From positions 9,525-73,524 of the IMG/VR virus record IMGVR_UViG_3300009151_009564: a stretch of 64,000 nt of DNA. One strand, 5' to 3'. The translations under genes and the position numbers were made by a program. Positions 1-10,205 of this stretch are shown piece by piece; position 1 is the stretch's first letter; every line of letters starts with the position of its first letter. The notes below the pieces were generated by a model. That model had not been told where the DNA came from and searched no databases. It was given only the letters and a program-made list of their open reading frames with translations. This stretch comes from a virus.

Positions 1-13
1 TGGTAAGAATAGA

Positions 14-2887
14 TTGTCATATTATAATGGCAATACGTTTGTTATTGACGGATTTGAAAATGCGGATGTTTGGTTAATACAAATAGGTGATATGTTTCAC
101 AATATTGTTAAGAATCAAGATGGTGAATATTATATCCAATCTGATTATGCTTTCTCACAGTCTTTGGAAAAGTTTGATTATTACGTCAATGATCCAGATC
201 CTAAATACAGGACTTCAATAGATTTGAAGATCACATCTGATAATGTGATTACTAAATTTGGTATTTATAGTTGTAAGTTTAGTGATATCAAAGATTTTGA
301 TACAGATATCATTGAGACAAAGTTTGCTAAACATGAATATGAGAAAAAAGCTGAGTTAACTTTAACTGATGAGCCTAAATTCCATACTATAAATCACCAA
401 TCTTTAACACATCCTAAGGACTTAAATGATTATAAGATAAGTGGTGTAGTTACAAACATACCGGCGGCTTCTGAATATACAGCAAATGCTGAGACATTTA
501 GATTAGTTGATAATAAGTTGTCTACTATATGGAGAAAGAACTCTGAAAGGTTGAAGTGGGGATTTAAAGGATCTGTTTCAGCAAATGATTACCCTTATTT
601 ATTGAACAACTCTTTTTCAGCAGAAGATCATAACAGAACGACTAATGTCTTTGCTATGCATCCACATAGACCGGATCGTAATCTAGATTATTTTATGAGT
701 GTTAACTCATCAAGTAAGGATTATCTACACCATAGTTTACATGTTCAAAAACATTTACCAACTGGTGAGATAGATACTTCGTTTAACTTTGAGTTAGATA
801 AGTATCTTGGTGTAAACTATGATTTAGATTATTTTGACTACTTCTTCAGTATGAAGTCTTACTTCGATGGTGGTAATATTACTGCTAATACGGCTAAGTA
901 TTCTTATTTCAATACTGGTGATAATGTTACTCCTAACCTTACTTTATACAGAGGTATGAAGTTTAAGATCTCTGATGTTGATACGGTTAAGATAACTAAT
1001 GGACAAATTGAAAATATCAACCTAAAGAACTCAAATAATTGGGAAGACTATAGATTTGGCGTTCTTATTAGTAAGAATAACTGGGTTGTTAACTCGGTTA
1101 TAGATAACCTAAATATAGGTACTATTTCATATACTCAGAATATTCTACAATGGAATATCATAGATAACTGGAAGCATGATCAGATTTATACATCAGGTAG
1201 TGTTGTATCTTGGAACGAAATACTTTGGATATCAACTACACAATCACAGATAATAGATCCAAATTATGATCCTTCTAACTCAAGTGATTGGCAGTTATTT
1301 ACATATTATAACTTATTATCTTATCCAACTATATTCTGGTCACCAGCATTTGATGGGACGAACCCAACGAGTTCAAATAATATGTATGGTCAGTTTAGTG
1401 GTAACTTACCACCACTTGTTTGGAATAGTGGTGAGTATTACTACTCAACTGGTGCGTCAGGTAGTAACTTTTGGAATCCTAACTTATCTTATGACATGGG
1501 AGATGTTGTGTTGTATAATAATACGACTTGGATTTCTAATACTTCAAGTAATACTATAACTCCGGGTAATCAATTATTTACCTTAACAACACCGTATGTA
1601 GATTCAAATGGTGTAACTATATCATATCAACCTTATTGGAGTTCAACATCTACATCTTCAACTATTTGGAACGTGGTTGAGCTTTGGAAGCAAGATTTTC
1701 TTTATACTCCTACCGACACTAACTGGTCGTCATCGTTTGATTCGGGTCATTATGTTGTTTATAATGATGTTGTTTATGCTACTAGTGTAACAGCTTCAGC
1801 TGGAGTTATTCCACCAAATGATTCATCATGGACTAGGATTTATAGTATGGTGGCTGATACTGATTATAAGTATGGTACTACTTTCTCTCGTAATAATATA
1901 ATACATTTTAATAATAGGTATTATTGGTGTAATGATTTATTACCGTTGACAACTAATGTTAACCAAACATTGGATAATGGTATAGTAGTTTACTTTAATA
2001 AAAAGTGGCAAAACGTATTGGTAAACATTTATGTTAATGATAATACGTATAGTAAGTTAGCTAATACGGATAGAGATGATCTTTATACTGATATACATTC
2101 TAAATTATCAGCTGCTAATTTTATGACTGCTATAAATGATCTTTCTAATAAATATGACTTTAGTGATTACATAAAGTATGTTATTATTAATGATGATAAC
2201 AGTTTAAATATTTATGACTTTAAGAATCTATCTTCAATAAAGAACTTACCAGTGTTATTAACATGTGAAGGACCGGATGAGTTTTACTCAAGGGTTCAAT
2301 CAATAACTATATCACCGGTTAGTCTTGAGAGTAGTCAAATTAAACCTAAACGTAAGCTACCCGATGGTAATATTGACTCATTAGATCAGTTAAACTATTT
2401 TAATGATATCCACTTGGCAACTACTATTGAAAGACGAACAGATGATACCAAGATAATACCAAACTACAGTGGTTTAAAGAATGAAGTGTTTAATATAATG
2501 AATAGACACAGTGGTCCTTATGATCCTATATTCCACACCATAGAGCTATTTAAAACTCATACGGCTACATATAGTTATGATAACTATCAGTTTGATGTTG
2601 ATTTAACTCATTTTGGTACAATAAAAGAGAGAGTTGTATCTAAAGTTAATAGAAGTAAGAATATCTTAAAACTAAGAAACAATCCAAATCTATCATCAGT
2701 TTATCCTATGTTGGATGAGTATGGATATCATACCACTGATTTTTATATATTCAAACCTACTTGGGATTTTGAGTATCATATTGAGTGTGTAGATGTACCT
2801 CAGTTAGCACCAGTGGTTGCTAATCAGTCTTTGGTATTCCCGGTTGTTAATAACAACTCAAATAATAATAATTTAAATCTATTATAA
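14..2887 (+). CDS. Large putative virion/structural protein, 5' end probably outside the window; contains ChtBD3/CBM5-12-like repeats
   Basis: Frame is open upstream of the TTG to the window edge; N/T/S/Y-rich; repeats WKHDQIYTSGSVVSWNEILW and WNPNLSYDMGDVVLYNNTTW resemble the W-x4-Y-x2-G-D-x-V carbohydrate-binding module. Confidence 0.5.
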   Translation: MSYYNGNTFVIDGFENADVWLIQIGDMFHNIVKNQDGEYYIQSDYAFSQSLEKFDYYVNDPDPKYRTSIDLKITSDNVITKFGIYSCKFSDIKDFDTDIIETKFAKHEYEKKAELTLTDEPKFHTINHQSLTHPKDLNDYKISGVVTNIPAASEYTANAETFRLVDNKLSTIWRKNSERLKWGFKGSVSANDYPYLLNNSFSAEDHNRTTNVFAMHPHRPDRNLDYFMSVNSSSKDYLHHSLHVQKHLPTGEIDTSFNFELDKYLGVNYDLDYFDYFFSMKSYFDGGNITANTAKYSYFNTGDNVTPNLTLYRGMKFKISDVDTVKITNGQIENINLKNSNNWEDYRFGVLISKNNWVVNSVIDNLNIGTISYTQNILQWNIIDNWKHDQIYTSGSVVSWNEILWISTTQSQIIDPNYDPSNSSDWQLFTYYNLLSYPTIFWSPAFDGTNPTSSNNMYGQFSGNLPPLVWNSGEYYYSTGASGSNFWNPNLSYDMGDVVLYNNTTWISNTSSNTITPGNQLFTLTTPYVDSNGVTISYQPYWSSTSTSSTIWNVVELWKQDFLYTPTDTNWSSSFDSGHYVVYNDVVYATSVTASAGVIPPNDSSWTRIYSMVADTDYKYGTTFSRNNIIHFNNRYYWCNDLLPLTTNVNQTLDNGIVVYFNKKWQNVLVNIYVNDNTYSKLANTDRDDLYTDIHSKLSAANFMTAINDLSNKYDFSDYIKYVIINDDNSLNIYDFKNLSSIKNLPVLLTCEGPDEFYSRVQSITISPVSLESSQIKPKRKLPDGNIDSLDQLNYFNDIHLATTIERRTDDTKIIPNYSGLKNEVFNIMNRHSGPYDPIFHTIELFKTHTATYSYDNYQFDVDLTHFGTIKERVVSKVNRSKNILKLRNNPNLSSVYPMLDEYGYHTTDFYIFKPTWDFEYHIECVDVPQLAPVVANQSLVFPVVNNNSNNNNLNLL

Positions 2888-3576
2888 TGAAAAGAAACTA
2901 TATAAGTCCGGAGTTTATTTATCAAAAAGTACATGGTAGTCTCAACATGGTTGAACATAGTTCTTTTTTTGGATCGAAAATGTTATCTATTGATGATAGT
3001 GTATCAATACTAAATGATAATATCATTTATTATCAACTTGCTAGTGGTGAGCAGTTAGATTTCAACTCTGAAAGTTCTTTACCACAGGTTATATACGATG
3101 CTGTTTTGGATAAGAAATCAAATCATACTTTAATATTAGACCCAGCTCAAACTGATATTCAAAAGGAAGGTAATGCTGCTTGGATACTAGATGTTAATCT
3201 TAAAAGTGTTTTAACTGATTATATTTTTGCTACATTAAAAAAGTGGCGTACATTCGAGGGTATTAGAAATAATATGACTATTGGTAATAATGTTGACTCC
3301 TCTATAAAACAGTATATTACTGCTAATGTTATTGATAGATATAAGTTTACAAAACTAGAGTTATTTATTAAATCAGTAGATTTAGTAAATGTAGGTGGTC
3401 TTAAATATGATAATGTTTATGATGTTAGTATAGATTTATCAAATAATCTTTTTACTAAGTTTCAAACTATAACTGACTCATATGATAAGGATTTAAGGGT
3501 TAAGTTTTATCAACCAGATCCAGCTGGTTTATATGCTTTTAATTATTATTTTAATTTATATTTTGATAGAGTGTAA
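2887..3576 (+). CDS. Hypothetical protein, probably virion-associated
   Basis: 229 aa ORF coupled (TAATG) to the upstream structural-type gene. Confidence 0.45.
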   Translation: MKRNYISPEFIYQKVHGSLNMVEHSSFFGSKMLSIDDSVSILNDNIIYYQLASGEQLDFNSESSLPQVIYDAVLDKKSNHTLILDPAQTDIQKEGNAAWILDVNLKSVLTDYIFATLKKWRTFEGIRNNMTIGNNVDSSIKQYITANVIDRYKFTKLELFIKSVDLVNVGGLKYDNVYDVSIDLSNNLFTKFQTITDSYDKDLRVKFYQPDPAGLYAFNYYFNLYFDRV

Positions 3577-3609
3577 AAAACTTTTATCTTGTGACAACAT
3601 ATACATACT

Positions 3610-4017
3610 ATGGAAGAATTTAAAAATAATGAACAGTTATATCGCAATCTAATCGCGGTACTGAAACTATTTAAGAATCGTCCTTATCATTTAGCAAAGT
3701 ACTTCATAGAAAATGACGCTTTTAATGATAGGTTTATTAATAAGTTACTTGAGAGTGATAAACTCAATGAGATCGGACAAGAAGAGTCGAAAGCTCTTGT
3801 AAAAGCAGTCTATTTTGTTGATATATCTCAAATGACTGACTATTTCAATTCTCTTACTCAAGAAGACTTTAAATCGAAAAGAAAGTCTATTAGTAATCTA
3901 ACACCAGAACAACTTAATCAAAAACTGGAACAATATCTTAAAGAAGAAAGATATGAGGATGCTATACGCATTCGTGATTATATGGTTAAACGTAATATTA
4001 AAAGAAATTCTGAATAA
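3610..4017 (+). CDS. Protein with C-terminal UVR (UvrB/UvrC) coiled-coil motif
   Basis: LNQKLEQYLKEERYEDAIRIRD matches the UVR consensus (E.YE.Aa.lRD). Confidence 0.75.
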   Translation: MEEFKNNEQLYRNLIAVLKLFKNRPYHLAKYFIENDAFNDRFINKLLESDKLNEIGQEESKALVKAVYFVDISQMTDYFNSLTQEDFKSKRKSISNLTPEQLNQKLEQYLKEERYEDAIRIRDYMVKRNIKRNSE

Positions 4018-4076
4018 CTTTTAAACTTTTAACCTTCCTTAAATACAATAACTTGTAACTCTTTAAAAACAAATAT

Positions 4077-5171
4077 ATGGGTAAAAAAATAATGTACGGC
4101 GATCCTCGGAAAATGGATCTTGGAATTGACACGTTAGACATGTTCGATGACGTTGTTGTCGAAAAAGCTTTAGCTGAAAGAAATAAGCAACAAAAAGCTT
4201 ATGACGCTTTTGAAATAAAAGCTCCAAAAGAAGGAACAGTTGCTAACGTGAAATACGTTGGCGTTAATGGAAACTATTTAGTTTTTGATGGTGGATTCAA
4301 AGACTATGTTAGGATTGAAAATCGCCTTTCTGAGGCAAAATACCTCAAGAACACTAATATTGGTGATTCAGTAGACGTTTATCTACTTGAAATAAACAAC
4401 ACCAACTTTATCATCAAGGGTTCAATAGCTGAACTATATGAAAGCAGAGCTCGTAAGAGTCTTACTTCTCTTGAAGAAGGAATATCTGTATCCGCTACAG
4501 TTCGTGAACTTACACCAGCTGGTTACAATGTTGACATCTCTTTTGAGGGTGTTACACTCCCAGGTTTTATGCCAAATACATTGGCAGGTATCAACAAACT
4601 ACACGATCCTATTTCGATTGTAGGTTTAACATTCGATGTTATGATCGAGTCTTTCTCAAGGGACGAAGGTACTTACATCGTGAGCCGTAGAAAGTATCTA
4701 CAAACTCTTATTCCACACGCCATCAAGGAATTAAAACATGGTCATGTTTATACTGGTCACGTTACTGGTACTACTGACTTCGGTGTATTCGTTGAGTTTA
4801 ACGATTGTCTTACTGGTATGATCCATAAGACAAATATTGACCCAGCTTGGTCTGATAGATTGACTTCAATCACTCCAGGTTTCCAGATTGAGTTCTATAT
4901 CAAGGAAATCATTAAGGATAAGATTATTCTTACACAAATCCTTCGTGAGTCTCTTTGGGACACAATCAAGATAGGTCAGACTATCTCTGGTAAGGTAAGG
5001 GATATCAAACCATTCGGAGCATTGGTTATTCTTGACGAAGAAACTAACGGATTGGTTCACACGTCTGAACTTGAAAAGAGTTCACGTAAGTTAACAAGTG
5101 GTGAAACCGTAAAGGTAAAAGTAATCGCTGTTGATAGGTCAAATCGCAAAATTTTTCTTAGTGTAGCTTAA
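4077..5171 (+). CDS. rpsA: Ribosomal protein S1-like protein with about four S1 domains
   Basis: Repeated S1 signatures: GHVTGTTDFGVFVEF..GMIH and GKVRDIKPFGALVIL..GLVHTSEL..VKVKVIAVDRSNRKIFLS. Confidence 0.8.
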   Translation: MGKKIMYGDPRKMDLGIDTLDMFDDVVVEKALAERNKQQKAYDAFEIKAPKEGTVANVKYVGVNGNYLVFDGGFKDYVRIENRLSEAKYLKNTNIGDSVDVYLLEINNTNFIIKGSIAELYESRARKSLTSLEEGISVSATVRELTPAGYNVDISFEGVTLPGFMPNTLAGINKLHDPISIVGLTFDVMIESFSRDEGTYIVSRRKYLQTLIPHAIKELKHGHVYTGHVTGTTDFGVFVEFNDCLTGMIHKTNIDPAWSDRLTSITPGFQIEFYIKEIIKDKIILTQILRESLWDTIKIGQTISGKVRDIKPFGALVILDEETNGLVHTSELEKSSRKLTSGETVKVKVIAVDRSNRKIFLSVA

Positions 5172-5190
5172 TACTTTTAGGAGTTAAAAT

Positions 5191-5220
5191 AAAAGTCCAG
5201 TTTTTATAGACTGGACTTTT
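5191..5220 (+). terminator. Intrinsic terminator after the S1 gene
   Basis: AAAAGTCCAGT...ACTGGACTTTT inverted repeat. Confidence 0.75.
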
Positions 5221-5241
5221 GTATTTTAAATATATATCGGG

Positions 5242-6846
5242 ATGGCAAGAAAGAAATCCAACTCGAATAAGAAACAACAACTCGGTCAGTTTATGACCCC
5301 TGATAACCTATCTAAAGACATTCTAGATAATATAACCTTCAGTAAAACAGATAAAGTATTAGAACCTTCATTTGGTGACGGTTCATTTCTAATAAAACTT
5401 ATACACAAGTTTATACCTTTATACAAAAGTGGGACTATTCAAGATAAGCTTGAGTGGATTTTAAGCTATAACATATGGGGATATGAGATAGATGAACTCA
5501 TGTTTGACGATTGTGTAGATAAGATCATTGAGGAGTGGGGTTATATACCTAAGTCTAACAACTTACATTGTCAAGACTTTCTAACATCTGAACTAAAAGT
5601 TGAGTTTGACTGGATAATTGGAAACCCACCATTCGGTGGTACAATAAGTCCAGAGTATGATAGAGATTTTGAAAGACTATATGGACGTAGGAATAATGAA
5701 AAGATTAAAAAGGAAACCTATTCATATTTTATTGTTAAATGTGTTGAGTTGTTATCAGAAGATGGTAAACTAGTCTTTATATGTTCAGACACATTCAAAA
5801 CCATTAAAACTATGGAAGGTTTAAGAAAATGGCTAATGACTATAGGATTTATAAATATCTACGATATTGGTTCTTTTTCCGAGGAAACAAAGTATTCCAT
5901 GTTAGCATTTGAGTTTATTAATAATAAAATCGAGTCACATATTATAGTAAACAACAATATAATACCTTATGATAGTATTTACTCAACTCCAAATACAAGT
6001 TGGTCTATTAACGAAGAGTTGTCGTCATTCTTTGGTGGTGAGTTATTAGGACATTATATAGTTTGTTCAGGTGGTTTAACAACCGGTAAAAATGAATACT
6101 TTATTAAGGACTTAGATACATCTACAATTCCATTTACTCTTATAGAGGAGTATAAATATACTTATTATGATGATATGATTACTTTACATAATGAGTTAAT
6201 GAGGGCTAAAAATAATATCCTTTCTAAGGAAAAGATAAGAGAGATAAAGAAGGCAGAAGAAAGAGGTGATACTATCATAGATGTTGATATACAGAAGGTG
6301 GAACCTAAGACTATACAACTACCACATCCAGATTATTGTTATTATAATGTTTCAAGTCCTGATATTTTATGGTGTAATCCAACTAAGGCTATTTACTGGG
6401 ATGATGATGGAACAGCAGTTAGAACATTTAAAAGAAATGGTAACTGGTATTTACAGGGTATGGGTGGTCAGAAGTTCTATAAGAAGGAAGGTATGACTTG
6501 GCAACTTATTGCTAATAAGATAAGACCTCGTTATATACCGGAAGGTTATATCATAGATAATGGATCTCCGATTGCTATTCTAAGAGAAGGTGTAGATGAT
6601 ATGGAGTTATATTTTATAATTGGATGGTGTCTTAGTAATAAGTGTAATGATATATTGAAAATGGTAATCAATCACACTAGAAATATTCAGAATAAGGATA
6701 TAGAAAAATTGCCCTACCCGACTTGGGTAGGACAATCAGATAAAATATTTATCAGTAAGTTTATCAAAGATAAAATCTCAGATAAGAAGAGAGGGGTTCA
6801 AATAGATGAAGATCAAGTCATAGGGGTTATAAACCGTATGTTTTAA
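5242..6846 (+). CDS. N6-adenine DNA methyltransferase (Eco57I/TaqI-like gamma class), orphan
   Basis: GQFMTP, motif I LEPSFGDGSF, motif IV IGNPPF; no nuclease domain recognised. Confidence 0.85.
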   Translation: MARKKSNSNKKQQLGQFMTPDNLSKDILDNITFSKTDKVLEPSFGDGSFLIKLIHKFIPLYKSGTIQDKLEWILSYNIWGYEIDELMFDDCVDKIIEEWGYIPKSNNLHCQDFLTSELKVEFDWIIGNPPFGGTISPEYDRDFERLYGRRNNEKIKKETYSYFIVKCVELLSEDGKLVFICSDTFKTIKTMEGLRKWLMTIGFINIYDIGSFSEETKYSMLAFEFINNKIESHIIVNNNIIPYDSIYSTPNTSWSINEELSSFFGGELLGHYIVCSGGLTTGKNEYFIKDLDTSTIPFTLIEEYKYTYYDDMITLHNELMRAKNNILSKEKIREIKKAEERGDTIIDVDIQKVEPKTIQLPHPDYCYYNVSSPDILWCNPTKAIYWDDDGTAVRTFKRNGNWYLQGMGGQKFYKKEGMTWQLIANKIRPRYIPEGYIIDNGSPIAILREGVDDMELYFIIGWCLSNKCNDILKMVINHTRNIQNKDIEKLPYPTWVGQSDKIFISKFIKDKISDKKRGVQIDEDQVIGVINRMF

Positions 6847-7580
6847 ACCCAAGTTTCTAATATAGAAGTCAGGTTCTTTTCTAAAATCGGAGCAAAATCT
6901 TCTACTGTTAGAGAATAAAGTGAACCAGTCTTATTTGCTGCCCATTCTACAACAGTCATGTTATTCCTTGACTTATCAAGCATAGCTTGTAATAAGCAAG
7001 TGATTAAAATTTTATCACGTTCAAATCCCTCAAAGTGATCGATTTTACGTTTTGTTTTATCAACTTTTTCTACACCGGTAGCTTCATCAAATACTTCTTT
7101 CAAGTGTAAATCACGAGCTTCCTGTGTTGATAGTTTTCTAAAAGTCCTTGAACTAAGCCATCTGTTGGAACCCTCTATTTTTAGAAAGATATCATACCAA
7201 TCATATGAAACACCTCCTTTTTTGATTACATTAACATCGGTTATCTTATAAGTTTTATCTTGTACAAGAGTTTTTGAGCTCTTGAACTTATAGACTACAT
7301 AATCACCTGCTTTAGGTAAGTTATCCTCGTCAATCCAACCATCTCTCCAATTTGGTCGGGTAAATCCAGCAACTTGCCAGTTGATTTCTGGTATTGGAGT
7401 ACCATCAGTTTGAGTAAAGTTATTTACACTAAATGAGGAATTTACTTCATCATTAATCTTGATGACTATATTTGGGTGAAAAAATTTATTACCACCAGGA
7501 TTTTGGTTTTGTAAAGACAAAACATCATATATAACACCCTTTACTATTTGTTTGGTAGCTCTTTTACAAAGTACTTTCAT
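6843..7580 (-). CDS. Hypothetical protein (internal RD motif RDLHLKEVF)
   Basis: 245 aa ORF overlapping the end of the upstream gene. Confidence 0.6.
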   Translation of the reverse strand: MKVLCKRATKQIVKGVIYDVLSLQNQNPGGNKFFHPNIVIKINDEVNSSFSVNNFTQTDGTPIPEINWQVAGFTRPNWRDGWIDEDNLPKAGDYVVYKFKSSKTLVQDKTYKITDVNVIKKGGVSYDWYDIFLKIEGSNRWLSSRTFRKLSTQEARDLHLKEVFDEATGVEKVDKTKRKIDHFEGFERDKILITCLLQAMLDKSRNNMTVVEWAANKTGSLYSLTVEDFAPILEKNLTSILETWV

Positions 7581-8094
7581 TTTGAATATTTAATATTTTT
7601 AGCAGTTCTTCTTCTGGAATATGTGTGTAACGTGATTTAAGAATGTTCTTAATCAGTTCAAAATTATCTTTATTAGCAAATATATTGAAAATATCTGACT
7701 CCACAATTTCATCAACGAGTTGGTCTTTTTCATAAAGACCGAGTTGCATCAACTTTACATCACGAATTTTCTGTTGATCAGTCATATCAAAGGTACAACC
7801 TTCGCAATCGGTGAGATATTTTTTATAACGAGTTATTTCACTTGCTGTAAGTGGTACTCTTATTTTCTGTGGGGAGGTTACTAAACCATCGACTATATCT
7901 TTTGCTTCTTTCAAACCCATTCCGGTTATATCTTTAATAACCTTAACTAGATTAAGCTTAGATGTACCAGTGGTATAGATAGTTATATCAACACTATATC
8001 GGTGTTCTGTTGAAGTAACAGTTTCCTGACCACCAGACATATGTGTCCATATAGCGATATTTGATCGATCTGTTATTATATGAACGTTACTCAT
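7564..8094 (-). CDS. Protein with ribosomal L7/L12 C-terminal-like domain
   Basis: KLNLVKVIKDITGMGLKEAKDIVD matches the L7/L12 CTD motif K..VIK.VR.ITGLGLKEAKDLVE. Confidence 0.75.
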   Translation of the reverse strand: MSNVHIITDRSNIAIWTHMSGGQETVTSTEHRYSVDITIYTTGTSKLNLVKVIKDITGMGLKEAKDIVDGLVTSPQKIRVPLTASEITRYKKYLTDCEGCTFDMTDQQKIRDVKLMQLGLYEKDQLVDEIVESDIFNIFANKDNFELIKNILKSRYTHIPEEELLKILNIQNESTL

Positions 8095-8098
8095 TTTA

Positions 8099-8129
8099 CA
8101 AATATAATAAAATTTATCTTGAAAACAAA
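8099..8129 (-). promoter_or_regulatory. Bacteroidota housekeeping-type promoter (-33 TTTG / -7 TAnnTTTG)
   Basis: Minus strand TTTG-N19-TATATTTG just upstream of the ATG at 8094. Confidence 0.65.
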
Positions 8130-8167
8130 AGGATATTAATACATATAAATTAAAAATATAAATTTAT

Positions 8168-8509
8168 ATGTCCGAACAACAACTAAATGACATGGAACCA
8201 CAGGCAGAAGCTCCTGAATTAAGTCCAGAAGAACAAGAAAGGATTAACGAGATAAACGAACTAATCCAAGCTGAAAAATTAGATCCAACTACATCTATGA
8301 ATATCTTAATCAATGCGGTTCAAGTATCTTTTGATAAACCACATTTTAATGATTTAGATCGTTATTTGATTGGTAAAGCACTTAACTGTTTCAAAGAGAA
8401 AGTAGACGCTGGTGAGAACTTTACTATTAATGTAACTGGTGAAGAAATGGAAACATCTGAAACATCTGAAACACCACCAATTGAAACTCCAACTCAATTT
8501 GAGTTCTAA
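8168..8509 (+). CDS. Acidic hypothetical protein
   Basis: 113 aa, E/T/P-rich termini. Confidence 0.6.
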   Translation: MSEQQLNDMEPQAEAPELSPEEQERINEINELIQAEKLDPTTSMNILINAVQVSFDKPHFNDLDRYLIGKALNCFKEKVDAGENFTINVTGEEMETSETSETPPIETPTQFEF

Positions 8510-9160
8510 TTACATCATCATGTTTTTATAACTTTCGGTTCTATTATAATCATGATAGTCCGGTGTACCCCTCTTCAAGAGAGCTTTATTGATATTGTTA
8601 AGCTGTATCGTTAAGCTCTCTTGTCGATGTTTATAAGAAGTATCAGCAGAACCATAGTTATGAATAGTATAACTTGCTTTTTTACTTTTTAAGACTTCAT
8701 CCATCTCACCGTAAAGTATTTCATCTATTTTAGAATCCGGTAAATCTGTTTCATCAAGTAAATCATTCTTCCTAAGATTAGACGGTCTTAGAGTTGAGAT
8801 TGTAAAGTTCATAGACTCATCCAACTTCCGTTCAAATAGAACAGAACATTTAAAAATAGTATAGATAGAGTTCCAGTGACGTATTCTCCACTTCTCATAC
8901 ATCTTAATGAGGTCAAGTTGAATAATATCCAATAGTTTATCCATACCTTCTGTATCAATTTTCTTGAGGTCAATAAGTCCGAAGTAATAAATGTCTTTAC
9001 CAAACTTATCTTCAATACGTTTAATATATTTATTAGAATAGTTAATCATGAACTTAATGGCTAAGTCCGCATCAAATACAGGTACACCCATTTCTTCGAA
9101 CATATCGGAGACTTCATTATAACCAGAATAGTAGTTTCCTGTTAAACCAACTTTAAGCAT
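8510..9160 (-). CDS. Dephospho-CoA kinase (CoaE)-like protein with degenerate P-loop
   Basis: MLKVGLTGN...GVPVFDAD...FG...IHN pattern; start moved to ATG 9160 because a TATTTTTG promoter element occupies 9175-9182. Confidence 0.7.
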   Translation of the reverse strand: MLKVGLTGNYYSGYNEVSDMFEEMGVPVFDADLAIKFMINYSNKYIKRIEDKFGKDIYYFGLIDLKKIDTEGMDKLLDIIQLDLIKMYEKWRIRHWNSIYTIFKCSVLFERKLDESMNFTISTLRPSNLRKNDLLDETDLPDSKIDEILYGEMDEVLKSKKASYTIHNYGSADTSYKHRQESLTIQLNNINKALLKRGTPDYHDYNRTESYKNMMM

Positions 9161-9226
9161 TTCTTGTTTTTTTACAAAAATAATCATTTTTGACTAACTA
9201 AAAAAATCATATATACTATAACACTT

Positions 9227-10189
9227 ATGAAATGGACACCCCAACAATTAGCCTTTATACTTTATAACAACCGTTCTGTAGAAGGAGTGGTTCAAAACTT
9301 TTTACCTATTATTAACGGATTTGAAATGATCGATTTAGAAAAAAAACTTGATTGGTGTAAAGGTTTTTATGAACAGAATCAACGATTTCTTGAGATCGAA
9401 TCTTCTAGATTAGATCTAACATCAGATGACGTTATAGTCACTAAACAAGAGTTAGAAGATTTAAGCCAAATAGTATTAGATAGTCATATCAATCTATCAG
9501 GTATAGAGTTGGAATACTTATTAAATCGTGGTATTACCAAAGACATTATAGATAAATATAAAATCGGTGGTTTGTCTTTTATTAAAGATCTTAAACATTT
9601 GGAGATCCTGAACGCTACTTGTCATCCAATACTTAAACCGATTTTAGAAGATGGTATAGAAGGTGGTGGAATAATAATACCGTTATGGAATGGTGATGTG
9701 TTAGAAAACTGTGCTATTAGAAAACTATCGGATATAGGTAAGTTGAAATACTCGTTAGCCTGTCCTGATTTACCAGTCTGGGGGTTGGATTCATTTAATT
9801 CAGGAGAGGATGTTTGGATTTGTGAAGGGTTATTTGATATGATGGCTTTACATAATTTAGGATTTAGAGCAGTTTCGGTATCAAGTGCTATGTGGTCTGG
9901 TCCCCAGTTATGGTCTCTTTTACAAAAGAAACCTGGGTTTATTCATATATTATGTGATAAAGATCAAGTTGGATTAAAAACCGGTTTGATTTTATCAAAA
10001 TTCTTTAATATATCCGGAATTCCAAATCATACATGTATATGTAACTCTGGTAAAGATGCTGCTGAAATATTATTTGAGAAGAAGTTGGATATGGACGATA
10101 TTGATATCATACATATAACAAAGGAAATGATAGAGAAACAAGATGATAGCTTTAACTTCTTAAAGTATTTAGAAAATCGTAGGTTTTAA
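9227..10189 (+). CDS. DNA primase-like TOPRIM protein
   Basis: YLLNRGI, IIIPL, WICEGLFDMMAL, CDKDQVG, KDAAE. Confidence 0.75.
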   Translation: MKWTPQQLAFILYNNRSVEGVVQNFLPIINGFEMIDLEKKLDWCKGFYEQNQRFLEIESSRLDLTSDDVIVTKQELEDLSQIVLDSHINLSGIELEYLLNRGITKDIIDKYKIGGLSFIKDLKHLEILNATCHPILKPILEDGIEGGGIIIPLWNGDVLENCAIRKLSDIGKLKYSLACPDLPVWGLDSFNSGEDVWICEGLFDMMALHNLGFRAVSVSSAMWSGPQLWSLLQKKPGFIHILCDKDQVGLKTGLILSKFFNISGIPNHTCICNSGKDAAEILFEKKLDMDDIDIIHITKEMIEKQDDSFNFLKYLENRRF

Positions 10190-10191
10190 TT

Positions 10192-10200
10192 TAATATATA
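10192..10200 (+). promoter_or_regulatory. TAATATATA putative phage late promoter (representative copy)
   Basis: Same 9-mer just upstream of starts at 13037(-), 13063, 20182(-), 21428, 22621, 35838, 37254(-), 43482(-), 51426(-), 58920(-), 58933. Confidence 0.6.
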
Positions 10201-10205
10201 GGTAT

